Below, one piece after another: positions 29,552 through 39,941 of a stretch of 64,000 nucleotides of DNA (the stretch's first letter is position 1; each line of letters starts with the position of its first letter). The stretch covers positions 64,001 to 128,000 of the forward strand of contig JBKAGE010000035.1 of the NCBI GenBank assembly GCA_046290225.1. The letters are read 5' to 3'. Position numbers and translations under genes: made by a program. Below the pieces are notes generated by a model. It did not search any database. It was not told where the DNA came from and saw only the letters and a list, made by a program, of their open reading frames with translations. This stretch comes from Bradymonadia bacterium. GTDB taxonomy: Bacteria > Myxococcota_A > Bradymonadia > UBA7976 > UBA1532.

Positions 29552-30976
29552 TCATCGAGATCTCACCGTCTCAGGTGCGGGGCTGGAGACGCTCAGCTGC
29601 ACCGAGGTCACAGGGAAGATGGACAACTCGCGCTTCGAGCCGATCTCCCGGGCGCTCCACGAGAGCACCCCGTCTGGATCGACGCTGAACTGTGCCTCGA
29701 CCTCCACCTCTCCTGCCGGAGCTGCGCGCAAGCCCTCACAGCACAGCCATCGAGGCTCTCCGTGGCCGAGCACGAGCGGAATGTCGAGGCGTCGCTGATC
29801 ATCGCGCCATGTAGAGAATCGCTTGGTACAGCTCGCCGGCAGCGCCGCACACTTGGGGATCAGCACCTCCACGGTGCCGTCGACGGACTCGAGCCCCAGA
29901 GACCAGGGCGCGCCCTCGATGACGAGGGGGTGCCGCTCGAGGGTCTTGATGACGCTCGACATCTCGGGACCCGACATCAGATCGGCCTGAATTGCCGCGC
30001 CGAGGGCCACCACCGAGTCGAGATCGGATCCTCGCCGAGGCTGAAGCTGGAACACGTCGCGGGCGAGGACCTGCAAACACGGTGTCTGCGCGAGGCCGCC
30101 GATGAGCAACACGTCGTCGAGGGTGCTGGGGCGCACGTCGGCCTGCAGCATGGCCTCGCGACAAGGCCCCTTGACCCGATCGAGCAGGCCGAAGAGGGCC
30201 GACTCCATCTGATCTCGGCTCACGGGGTGACGGATGGGGGATCCCGTGTCGAGTACGCAGGAGAACTGGGCGACATATCGATCGCTGAGCTGCTCCCGGG
30301 CTCGCCGGGCACCTGCAGCAGCTCTAGATTTTGACCCTTCGGAAAGATCGGCCCAGCGGGCGCCGGTGTCGTGGACCAGGACCTCGGCAAAGGCTCGATC
30401 GAGATCGACGCCGCCCAAGTGGTTGTCACCCTCAGCAGAGAGCACGCTGAGGGCATCGTCCTCGACCTGATAAATGGCCACATCGAACCGGCTGGCGCCG
30501 AGGTCGAGCACACCGAACACACCGGCATCGGGGGTCCGGGCGACGTGACTCAGCGCAGCGGCGGTGCACTCGGGCATGAGCCGGATGATCTCGACGCCGA
30601 CCTGCTGACCTGCACGCCGCAACAGCCGGCGCCCAGGGCCATCGAGATCAGCGGGGATGGTGACGACGGCTTCGTCGATGGTCCGACCGAGGGCCTTGCC
30701 GGCCCATCGAGCCATTTCGCCGATGAGGGCGGCGACTGCCTGCTCGGTGCCCGCGGCGTCGACGAGGTGATCCCCCCGCTTGAGCGGCCACAGCGGATAA
30801 TGAGCCCCCGCCATCCGCTCGGCGTCGTGGCCACAGACGAGCCCATCGGGACCCTCGGCCACGACTGCGGGCATGGTCTGACGCCCTCGCTCGTCGCTGA
30901 GCAGAGTGGGCTTGCCTTCTTTGACTGCGGCCACTCGACACACACTGGCGCCGAGATCGATGCCGATGGCGCTCAT
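29552..30976 (-). CDS. Hsp70-family chaperone (in the HscA position), divergent and short
   Basis: GIDLG, AVVTIPA, ECTAAAL, LDLG..FDV, GDNHLGG.D.D and VVALGAAIQA motifs. ATGA overlap with hscB. Confidence 0.85.
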   Translation of the reverse strand: MSAIGIDLGASVCRVAAVKEGKPTLLSDERGRQTMPAVVAEGPDGLVCGHDAERMAGAHYPLWPLKRGDHLVDAAGTEQAVAALIGEMARWAGKALGRTIDEAVVTIPADLDGPGRRLLRRAGQQVGVEIIRLMPECTAAALSHVARTPDAGVFGVLDLGASRFDVAIYQVEDDALSVLSAEGDNHLGGVDLDRAFAEVLVHDTGARWADLSEGSKSRAAAGARRAREQLSDRYVAQFSCVLDTGSPIRHPVSRDQMESALFGLLDRVKGPCREAMLQADVRPSTLDDVLLIGGLAQTPCLQVLARDVFQLQPRRGSDLDSVVALGAAIQADLMSGPEMSSVIKTLERHPLVIEGAPWSLGLESVDGTVEVLIPKCAALPASCTKRFSTWRDDQRRLDIPLVLGHGEPRWLCCEGLRAAPAGEVEVEAQFSVDPDGVLSWSAREIGSKRELSIFPVTSVQLSVSSPAPETVRSR

Positions 30977-31620
30977 GGTGCTGCGACTCCAAAAGGAAAC
31001 TCGGCGTCGAGGTGAACCAGCAAGGCCCGCAAACTGCGCAGCCTGCTGACGGCGGCCTGCCACACGGCCGCCTGGCCATCGAGCTTCAACGCCGCGAGCT
31101 CAGCATCGAGCCGCTGCCCGGACTGCTCGAGCGCCCGGGCATAACGATGGGCGATCTGACGCCCGAGGCCGGTGCGCTCGGTGTGGGCGTCGACACCATC
31201 GAGCTCGGAGAGGGCGGAGTCGAGCTCAGCCATCTCCACCCGATGGATCGGATCCATGGCGGTCATGCCGCTGGGGTCGAGGCTGTCTGCAGGCAACTGG
31301 GCACCATGGAGCGTGAGCAGGTACTCGAACCGCTGCTGCGGATCGGCGAGGCCACGCCACGCGTTGTTGATGGCGGTGGCGTGGGCGACGGCATGGCTCC
31401 ACGCCTGGGCACCTTCGCCGTGGAACAAGTCAGGGTGAAAAATACGCAGCTGGGCCCGATGGCTCGCTGCGATCTCACTCCGCTCATAAGCAAACCTGGG
31501 CTCGAGCCCGAGCCGGGCGAAGTGATCGAGATCGGGCGCTGGCGCCTGAAGGGCATGACACGTGCCACAGAACGCACCGCCCCCGAGGTCAACCTCACTC
31601 CCACACCGCCAGCATTTCAT
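30973..31620 (-). CDS. hscB: Fe-S assembly co-chaperone HscB (N-terminal CxxC..CxxC, J-domain)
   Basis: CWRC...CGTC, DHFARLGL, FHPD, INNAWRGLADP..RFEYLL; lies downstream of iscA. Confidence 0.85.
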   Translation of the reverse strand: MKCWRCGSEVDLGGGAFCGTCHALQAPAPDLDHFARLGLEPRFAYERSEIAASHRAQLRIFHPDLFHGEGAQAWSHAVAHATAINNAWRGLADPQQRFEYLLTLHGAQLPADSLDPSGMTAMDPIHRVEMAELDSALSELDGVDAHTERTGLGRQIAHRYARALEQSGQRLDAELAALKLDGQAAVWQAAVSRLRSLRALLVHLDAEFPFGVAAP

Positions 31621-31719
31621 CTTTGCTCCGCCGTTACGGCGGCGTCAGCCGCCCTTTGCTTCGCCGCTACGGCGGCGCCAGCCGCCCTTTGCTTCGCCGC
31701 TACGGCGGCGCCAGCCGCC
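31621..31719. repeat. Three tandem 33-bp palindromic units
   Basis: CTTTGCT(C/T)CGCCG(T/C)TACGGCGGCG(T/C)CAGCCGCC at 31621, 31654 and 31687. Confidence 0.9.
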
Positions 31720-32330
31720 GTGAGGCCCCCGATCCTCCGCACAGACGGCGCGAAAAACCGGTCGCCGTAGCCTCCGGCTACGACTCTCGATTTTTCACGA
31801 CGTCTGCACGAAGGCTCGTGAACCTCACGACGACTGCCACCACCTCCACGGCTCCGCGGGGCACGTGCACGACGCTTCTCCGGCTTTGGAGGCGTGATGT
31901 TGTGGGGTGAAGTGATGAGGTACGAAGGCGTTTGGTGAGGGGGTTGGGTGGTGTCCATCATGGCCGCAGGTTTGATTCGTTGGAGGGATCGTTACGCTGC
32001 TTTGACCTGGATGGCAATCGACGATCTGGAGCGACTGATATCGGTATCAAGGACACGTGAATCACTGCGCATTGAAGCCATGGACAAAAATTCATCGGCT
32101 CCAACAAAGTCGCCCAACAGAGCCGGAAAAACGTCGTTCAGGCACCCTGCGGGGTCGCGGCAGTCACCATGAAGTTCACGAGCCCTCGTGTAGACGCCCA
32201 GAAAAACCGCGATTTGTAACCGGAATGCAGCTCAACAAGGCCCCAACACAGCCGCTATACACGTCAGAAAAGCGTCATGCACGTGCCCCGCGGAGCCGTT
32301 ACGGCGGCTGGCGCCGCCGTAACGGCGGAG
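31621..32330. repeat. Non-coding nested inverted-repeat (REP/REPIN/MITE-like) element between iscA and hscB
   Basis: 28-nt terminal IR (31626-31653 vs 32303-32330, 1 mismatch), an inner imperfect IR of about 105 nt (31773-31884 vs 32122-32224), and three tandem 33-mers at the left end. Confidence 0.8.
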
Positions 32331-32660
32331 TTAGACGCTGAAGCTCTCGCCGCAGCCGCAGGTGCGCTTCACGTTCGGGTTGTTGAACTTGAAGCCAGCG
32401 CCCGCGAGGGACTCCACGTAATCCACCTCGGTGCCCATGAGGTAGAGGAAGCTCTTCGAATCGACGAAGAGCTTCACCCCGTGACACTCCAGGTGACGAT
32501 CGTTCTTCGCCGACTCCTCGGCGAACTCCAGGAAGTACTGGAAGCCAGAGCAGCCGCCACCACGGACACCGACCCGCAACCCCTCGGTGGGGTGGGGACG
32601 CTTCTCGATCATCTCTTTGACCTTCACCGCAGCAGACTCTGTGAGCGTGATCATGATCAC
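32331..32660 (-). CDS. iscA: Iron-sulfur cluster assembly A-type carrier (IscA/HesB)
   Basis: LRVGVRGGGCSGFQY and FKFNNPNVKRTCGCGESF. Confidence 0.95.
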   Translation of the reverse strand: MIMITLTESAAVKVKEMIEKRPHPTEGLRVGVRGGGCSGFQYFLEFAEESAKNDRHLECHGVKLFVDSKSFLYLMGTEVDYVESLAGAGFKFNNPNVKRTCGCGESFSV

Positions 32661-32809
32661 GACCTCCGTAATCGAAATATGAAGACCCCAAATGATAGCG
32701 CCGCCCCTGTGCGAGAGGCAACGGCCGCGGGTCGTGCTCGATTGAGATGCAGGGTGAAAGGCGGGCGTTTCGGGTAGGGTCGATTTGGCAGGAGACCAAG
32801 CGGACCGGC

Positions 32810-33183
32810 TCAGGTGGGTGGGCCCACCCGAGGTGGGGGCAGCGTGGCGCGCTCATCCTCGGAGAGCACCCGCGAGCGGGTGATGAAGCGCATACCTGTG
32901 GGCGCCTCGAGGGAGAACCCCGCCCCTCTGCCAGGCACCGCGTCCAGGATCAGGCGCGTGTGGGCCCAACGTTCATATTGCTGACCACCGATGTAGACCT
33001 CACAGCCCGCCACCTCACCCAAGCAGACATCGCGTTGGCCGATCTTGAACTCACCCACGAGGTAACACATCGGCGCGCTGCCATCACAGCAGCCCCCTGA
33101 TTGGTGGAACATCAACGGTCCGTGCATCGCGCGGAGCTCTTCGATCAGCGCGATCGCAGCCTCTGTCGCCGTCACCCGGGGCA

Positions 33184-33187
<4 letters not shown>
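32810..33187 (-). CDS. DUF779 family protein
   Basis: [21 protein letters not shown] and GAGFSLEAP; usual position after an aldehyde dehydrogenase. Confidence 0.9.
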
Positions 33188-34704
<1,517 letters not shown>

Positions 34705-34889
34705 GCCGAAACTCCTGGCAAATGTGGATACACGTCGCCCACGGTGAGCATCAGAACGCATCGACAATCGGGGTGTCGTTTCGACCTCAAGCGGCGGGCA
34801 CCTGGCCTCAGAGCAACCGGCGTACCAACTTCACAACACTGTAAAATGTGGCTTTACCTTCTTTTACACACGCAACACCTGACTGAATG

Positions 34890-34905
34890 CGCGACACATG
34901 TCGCG
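34890..34905. promoter_or_regulatory. Possible operator (short inverted repeat) in a divergent promoter region
   Basis: CGCGACA-CA-TGTCGCG in an AT-richer intergenic stretch. Confidence 0.25.
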
Positions 34906-35008
34906 AATCGAACCAGGCCCACTGCCTGTGCCTTGCCGCGCCAGCCCTTGACGGCTCAAGTGCGCTGGGCTACCTCAACCCACCGCCCATCTGGACCGAG
35001 AGAGTGTC

Positions 35009-35437
35009 ATGACATCGCTCAAGACCATATCTGTGGTGTGCTTCGCCGTTTTTTGCCTCACCGCCTTCGCCTGTAACAAGAAGGGCGAAGACGCACAGCC
35101 TGCAGCAGACAACAGCCAGACCAAGGGTCAAGTCACCCTCACCATCGAGGGGCCTGACGGCAAGGTGAAGACCCTGCCCGCTCAGGCATGGTCCGCAGGG
35201 CTCACGGTCCAGGGGCTGCTCGACGCCCACAAGATCAAATATGACGCCTCGGGCAGTGGCGAAACCGCCCTGCTCACCGCCCTCGACGGCGTCTCAAACG
35301 AGGGTGGGCAAGGCAAGAGCTGGCTGTTCTGGGTGAACGACAGCTTCGCCGACAAGAGCTTTGGGGCATACACTCTCAAGGCCGGCGATGTGGTGAAGTG
35401 GAAATTCGCCCTCTACGCCGAAGGCAAAAAAGACTAA
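35009..35437 (+). CDS. DUF4430 (transcobalamin C-terminal-like) domain lipoprotein
   Basis: Lipobox AFAC; LTALDGVSN...WLFWVND....FGAYTLKAGDVVKW. Confidence 0.8.
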   Translation: MTSLKTISVVCFAVFCLTAFACNKKGEDAQPAADNSQTKGQVTLTIEGPDGKVKTLPAQAWSAGLTVQGLLDAHKIKYDASGSGETALLTALDGVSNEGGQGKSWLFWVNDSFADKSFGAYTLKAGDVVKWKFALYAEGKKD

Positions 35438-35486
35438 CGTGTCTGGCCAACATAATCTGTCGCCCTGAATCGACTCGAGGTCCTCG

Positions 35487-36014
35487 ATGATGAACCGCAA
35501 CATCGTCCGTTATGGCGTACCTGTCGCCCTCGTCGCCCTGTGCGCCGTGGCGCGGCTGCTGCCCCACCTGCCCAACTTCACCCCCATCGCCGCCGCTGCG
35601 CTCTTCGCGGCGTACTTCACCGGCCGGCGCACAGTGGGTGCCCTGGTGGCCCTGGGCGCCATGCTCGTGAGCGACGCCTTCGTGGGCAGCTACAGCACGC
35701 CGATGATGATCACGGTCTATGGCGCCCTCGCCCTGCCCGCCCTTGTGGGCCCCGCGCTCCGCGGCAAGGCCAGCGCCCTCACCGTGGGTGCCAGCGCCAT
35801 CGGCGCCGGCCTGGGCTTCTTCGCCCTCACCAACCTCGCGGTGTGGGCCTTCAGCGGCATGTACCCTCAGACCATTGAGGGTCTCGGCGCCTGCTACCTG
35901 TCGGCGCTGCCCTTCCTCAAGTACACCCTCGCCGGCAACGTGGTCTGGGCCGGGGCCTTCTTCGGCCTGCACGCCCTCGCCACCCGCCAGCTCCCCGCCC
36001 TGCAGCGCGCCTGA
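35487..36014 (+). CDS. BtuM/DUF6580-like S-component transporter (probable cobalamin uptake)
   Basis: RLLPHLPNFTPIAAAALF, FFALTNLAVW and CYLSALPF; six TM. Confidence 0.8.
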   Translation: MMNRNIVRYGVPVALVALCAVARLLPHLPNFTPIAAAALFAAYFTGRRTVGALVALGAMLVSDAFVGSYSTPMMITVYGALALPALVGPALRGKASALTVGASAIGAGLGFFALTNLAVWAFSGMYPQTIEGLGACYLSALPFLKYTLAGNVVWAGAFFGLHALATRQLPALQRA

Positions 36015-36044
36015 GAGATCAGGCCCCCTGAAGCCGCCACGTCG

Positions 36045-37265
36045 TCAGTCGCGCCAGCGGTGCACCACCAATCCCGTCCTCAACTTGGGCTCGAACCATG
36101 TCGACTTCGGCGGCATGATCTCGCCAGCGTCGGCGATGCGCATCAGCTCGCCCAGTGAGGTGGGATAGAGCGCAAAAGCCACCGCCTTCTGCCCCTTCAC
36201 CGCTGACTCCAGAGACGCGAGCCCCCGGATACCACCGACAAAGCTGATGCGGGTGTTGGTGCGTGGATCGTCGATGCCCAGGAGCGGCTCGAGGATGTGA
36301 TCCTGCAGCACGCTCACGTCGAGAGAAGCCACCGGATCAGACTCGTCGATGAGCTGATCGGGCTTCGATGGGCGCACCGAATACCAATCACCACCGAGAC
36401 ACATCGAGAACACGTGACGCGCAGAGGGCGCCTCAGCCTGGCCGAGGGGCGTCACGAGGAAGTTGCCGGTCTCGAGCAGCACCGACAAGAAGTGCTCGTG
36501 ACCGTTGAGATCAGCCACCACCCGGTTGTAGTCGAGGATCTGCAGCTGATCGTCGGGGAACAACACCGTGAGGAACCACTCTGCAGCGGTGCCGGGGTGA
36601 GCGCGGCCCAGGCGGCCTGCAGCGGCGGTCCGATGGTGGCCGTCGGCGACATAGAACGCAGGCACCTGATTGAAGGCCCGGCCCAGGGCCGCCACCGCCT
36701 CGTCTTCAAAAACCGGCCAGAGCGTGTGGCGCACATCGTCTTCAGCGACGTAATCCACCGATGGCGCCGTGGCCACGATCTCGCTGATGAGGGCGTCGAC
36801 CTCTTCTGACTTGGGGTAGGCGAGGAACACCGGCCCGAGGTGAGCGCCCACAGCCTCGATGTGGCGCATGCGATCATCTTCTTTGTCGGGACGTGTGTGC
36901 TCATGCTTCTTGATGCGCCCTGCCCAGTAGTCTTCGGTGTGGGCCAGACACACGAGGCCCACCTGGTGATGATCCCCCATCGTCTGGGCATAGAGATAGA
37001 AACCAGGCGCGTCATCTTGCACCAGGGCCCCGTCGGCGATGAGCCCTTCAAATGCGCTCTGGGCCTGGGCATAGGCCTCTGTGCCGTGGGCGTCGATCTC
37101 TGCCGGCAGATCGATCTCGGGGCGGATCACGTGCAGCATGCTGTGGGGCTTGCCCTCAGCGAGGGTGCGGGCCTCCTCTGTGTTCACCACATCGTAGGGT
37201 ACCGAGGCCACCTCGTGGGCCCTGGCGTCTGGGGGTCTCCACCCCTTGAAGGGCTTGATGCGCAT
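36045..37265 (-). CDS. DUF1015 family protein
   Basis: IKPFKGWRP, PYDVV, IKKHEHT, ADGHHRTA and MPPKSTWFEPK. Confidence 0.9.
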   Translation of the reverse strand: MRIKPFKGWRPPDARAHEVASVPYDVVNTEEARTLAEGKPHSMLHVIRPEIDLPAEIDAHGTEAYAQAQSAFEGLIADGALVQDDAPGFYLYAQTMGDHHQVGLVCLAHTEDYWAGRIKKHEHTRPDKEDDRMRHIEAVGAHLGPVFLAYPKSEEVDALISEIVATAPSVDYVAEDDVRHTLWPVFEDEAVAALGRAFNQVPAFYVADGHHRTAAAGRLGRAHPGTAAEWFLTVLFPDDQLQILDYNRVVADLNGHEHFLSVLLETGNFLVTPLGQAEAPSARHVFSMCLGGDWYSVRPSKPDQLIDESDPVASLDVSVLQDHILEPLLGIDDPRTNTRISFVGGIRGLASLESAVKGQKAVAFALYPTSLGELMRIADAGEIMPPKSTWFEPKLRTGLVVHRWRD

Positions 37266-37488
37266 GTCTTCTCTCCGTGCGGTGTGAGCGGAGCCTCAGG
37301 GCCCACGGTCACAGTCATCTCTTTCCCGTTTCTGTCTGCGCCCTTTTTCCGCGCGATTCAAGAGAGGTGGCTGAGTTCCATGATTTCGGAGAAAAGAGCT
37401 ACACAGCGCGCGCTCGATCCCACTCCGGAGTGGGCATGTATGGCCAAGAACGCTAGAGTACGTGCGTCCTTTGTCTACAGGTGTCGCC

Positions 37489-38022
37489 ATGTCTGAGTTT
37501 GCCAAGCCAGATCGTACAGTCCAGCACCAAGTGGCCGATGATGGCCACAGCGCCAGCCCCACTGTGCAGATGTCCGAGGGCACCTCTGCAGCGGTGGCTC
37601 AGAGCAAGGCGGTCATCCAAGCCATGGAGAAGGGCAGTGGTGGCAGCGGCAACATTCAGCTCGAGGCCATGACTGGGGGTATGGGTGAAGATCCTCAACA
37701 GATGGCCAACATCCTCCTCGGCAAGCTCCATGGCCTGCTCGGCCAGGCGAAGGCCAGCCAGAGTGAGGACAAAGGCACACAGGGCCTCGGCGGCGACGGG
37801 ATGGCCATGAGCGACTCCAAGGGTCTGGAGGGTGTCGGCAGCGCCATCGCCGGTGCCATGAATGACGCCATGGAGGCCGGCAGCGCCGCTGCTGCAGGTT
37901 TCGACATTCAGAAGCTCGAAGACACCATCTTGGAGATTCAGACCCTCAAACAGTCTGGCGACGATGACGCCCTCGCTGAGGCCACCATGAACATCATGTA
38001 TGCCTTCGACGGCTCTGTCTGA
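37489..38022 (+). CDS. Hypothetical Gly/Ala/Met-rich protein
   Basis: Open frame with host-like codon usage between two genes; no known motif. Confidence 0.6.
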   Translation: MSEFAKPDRTVQHQVADDGHSASPTVQMSEGTSAAVAQSKAVIQAMEKGSGGSGNIQLEAMTGGMGEDPQQMANILLGKLHGLLGQAKASQSEDKGTQGLGGDGMAMSDSKGLEGVGSAIAGAMNDAMEAGSAAAAGFDIQKLEDTILEIQTLKQSGDDDALAEATMNIMYAFDGSV

Positions 38023-38058
38023 TCGCACCTACCCTCGCCCGTTCACTGGGAGCCCGCC

Positions 38059-38439
38059 ATGGGGTTCGTCGCAGCAGGGGCCCTGGCCCTTGCCCTCGGT
38101 GTCGCTGCAGGTGCCTTTGGCGCCCACGGCCTGAAAAACACCCTCTCTGCAGATTTGCTGGCCATCTGGGAAACCGGTGCCCGGTATCACCTCGTGCACG
38201 GCCTGGGTTTGGTGCTCGTGGGTATACTGGCGCCCCAACTGGGTCGCAGCGTACGCGTCGTTGGCTGGCTGCTCGTCGCGGGCATCGTCTTCTTCTCCGG
38301 CAGTCTCTATCTGTTGGCGCTCACAGACACACGATGGCTCGGCGCCGTCACCCCCATCGGCGGCACCGCCTGGATCGCCGCCTGGATCACCCTTGCAGTG
38401 GGCGCCCTCAAGGCGAGATCGTCCGTGTCTGGATCTTGA
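38059..38439 (+). CDS. DUF423 family membrane protein
   Basis: GAFGAHGL, WETGARYHLVH, FSGSLYLLAL and TPIGG. Confidence 0.92.
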   Translation: MGFVAAGALALALGVAAGAFGAHGLKNTLSADLLAIWETGARYHLVHGLGLVLVGILAPQLGRSVRVVGWLLVAGIVFFSGSLYLLALTDTRWLGAVTPIGGTAWIAAWITLAVGALKARSSVSGS

Positions 38440-38468
38440 AACTCCGACTTTCCGCCCGCTCTGATCTG

Positions 38469-39941
38469 ATGCCTGTGTCGAAACCACACCTCTTTCTCAC
38501 CTTCCTCCTCTTCTTTTTTGTAGGCTGCTCTGGCAGAACGCACCGAGATTCAGCCCTTTCAGAGGTTCACATGCTCGAAGCCCTCAATCGCGACGGGGAG
38601 CAGATCCGCGCAGTGCGCACCCACCGGTACAACGACGCCCTGGTGGTGGAGCAATACGCCCTGAGCAACGGCCTCACCGTGCTCTACCTGCACGATCCCC
38701 AGGCGCCGATCTTCAGCTATCAAACCTGGTTTCGGGTGGGCAGTGGCCACGAGCGCCCCGGCAAGACCGGCATGGCGCACCTGTTCGAGCACCTGATGTT
38801 CAAGGGCACCGAGAAGCACCCTGAAGGGGTCTTCGATCGCACCCTCGAAGAGATCGGCGCCCGGAACAACGCCGCCACATGGCTCGACTGGACCTTCTAT
38901 TACGAAGATGTGCCTGCGGCCCACCTTGAGACGGTGATCGCCCTCGAGGCAGATCGACTGGAGAACATGCGTCTCGAGTCGGACCAGCTCGAGTCGGAGC
39001 GCGAGGTGGTCATCAACGAGCGCCTCGAGCGCACCGACAATGATCCCGACGGCAAGCTGAGCGAGGTGCTTTGGAAGACGGCGTACACCGTTCACCCCTA
39101 TCAGCACCCCACCATCGGCTGGATGGACGACATCAAGGGCATCACCCTCGAAGACTGCCTGACCTTCCACAAGACCTACTACGCGCCGAACAACGCGGTG
39201 CTGGTGGTGGTGGGCGATGTCGATCGCGCCACCCTGTTCGGCCACTTGGTGAAGTACTACGGCCACCTGGAGTCGGCGGAGATCCCGGCCCTCGAGGCCA
39301 GAGCCGAGCCTGCTCAGACCGAGGTGCGCCGAGCCGAGGTGACACTCGAACTCAGTGCCGACAAGCTGCTCATGGGCTATCACGCGCCGGCCATCACCGA
39401 TGACGCGTACCCCGCCCTCGAGGTGATCAACGAGATCTTGAGCGAGGGCGACTCGGCTCGTCTGCAGCGGGCGTTGATCACCGACGGTGAGCTGGCGGTG
39501 GGCTTCGGCGCCTTCGTGCCACCTTTCCGAGATCCTGGCCTCTTCGAGATCAGCGTCGATATGCGCCCGGGCCACACCGCCGAAGAAGGTGAGGCCGTGG
39601 TGCTCGCCGAGCTCGCCCGCATCTCCACGGAAGGCATCACCCCTCAGGAGCTGTCGAAGGCCCTGAACAAGCTGGAGACGCGCTTCTACCTGCAGCTGCG
39701 CACAGCACAGCAGAAAGCCAACGGCCTGGGGTTCTGGGAGACCACCGCCGGTGACTTCACGGGGCTGTTTACTGCAGGCGAGCGCTATCAGAAGGTCACC
39801 GCCGCCGAGGTGCAGGCCCTGGCCCAGCGCATCTTCCGCCCCGAAGGGCGCACGGTGATCATCGGCCGGGCACCCAAAGATGATCCCGAAGCAGCCCGTG
39901 AGCCCGAGGCGGCTCAGCCTGTAGAGGGCGAAGGGCAGTGA
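38469..39941 (+). CDS. M16 (pitrilysin) zinc peptidase, catalytic subunit
   Basis: GMAHLFEHLMFKGT (HxxEH) and EREVVINER. Start 38469 (lipobox FVGC) or 38571. Confidence 0.93.
   Translation: MPVSKPHLFLTFLLFFFVGCSGRTHRDSALSEVHMLEALNRDGEQIRAVRTHRYNDALVVEQYALSNGLTVLYLHDPQAPIFSYQTWFRVGSGHERPGKTGMAHLFEHLMFKGTEKHPEGVFDRTLEEIGARNNAATWLDWTFYYEDVPAAHLETVIALEADRLENMRLESDQLESEREVVINERLERTDNDPDGKLSEVLWKTAYTVHPYQHPTIGWMDDIKGITLEDCLTFHKTYYAPNNAVLVVVGDVDRATLFGHLVKYYGHLESAEIPALEARAEPAQTEVRRAEVTLELSADKLLMGYHAPAITDDAYPALEVINEILSEGDSARLQRALITDGELAVGFGAFVPPFRDPGLFEISVDMRPGHTAEEGEAVVLAELARISTEGITPQELSKALNKLETRFYLQLRTAQQKANGLGFWETTAGDFTGLFTAGERYQKVTAAEVQALAQRIFRPEGRTVIIGRAPKDDPEAAREPEAAQPVEGEGQ

Noticed and set aside
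31621..31719. 33-bp palindromic repeats as a CRISPR array
   Set aside because: The units are directly adjacent with no spacers, and there are no cas genes in the window.
31617..32341. ORFs 31617..31961(-), 31623..31910(+), 31948..32172(+) and 32057..32341(+) as proteins
   Set aside because: Their shared peptides come from DNA inverted symmetry. They have no recognisable domains, so I treat the region as non-coding, though a small ORF in the core cannot be excluded.
34770..35008. Cobalamin riboswitch or sigma-54 promoter
   Set aside because: Only a CCCACTG fragment, without the other B12-box elements. The TGGCGCG candidate on the minus strand lacks the TTGC -12 element.
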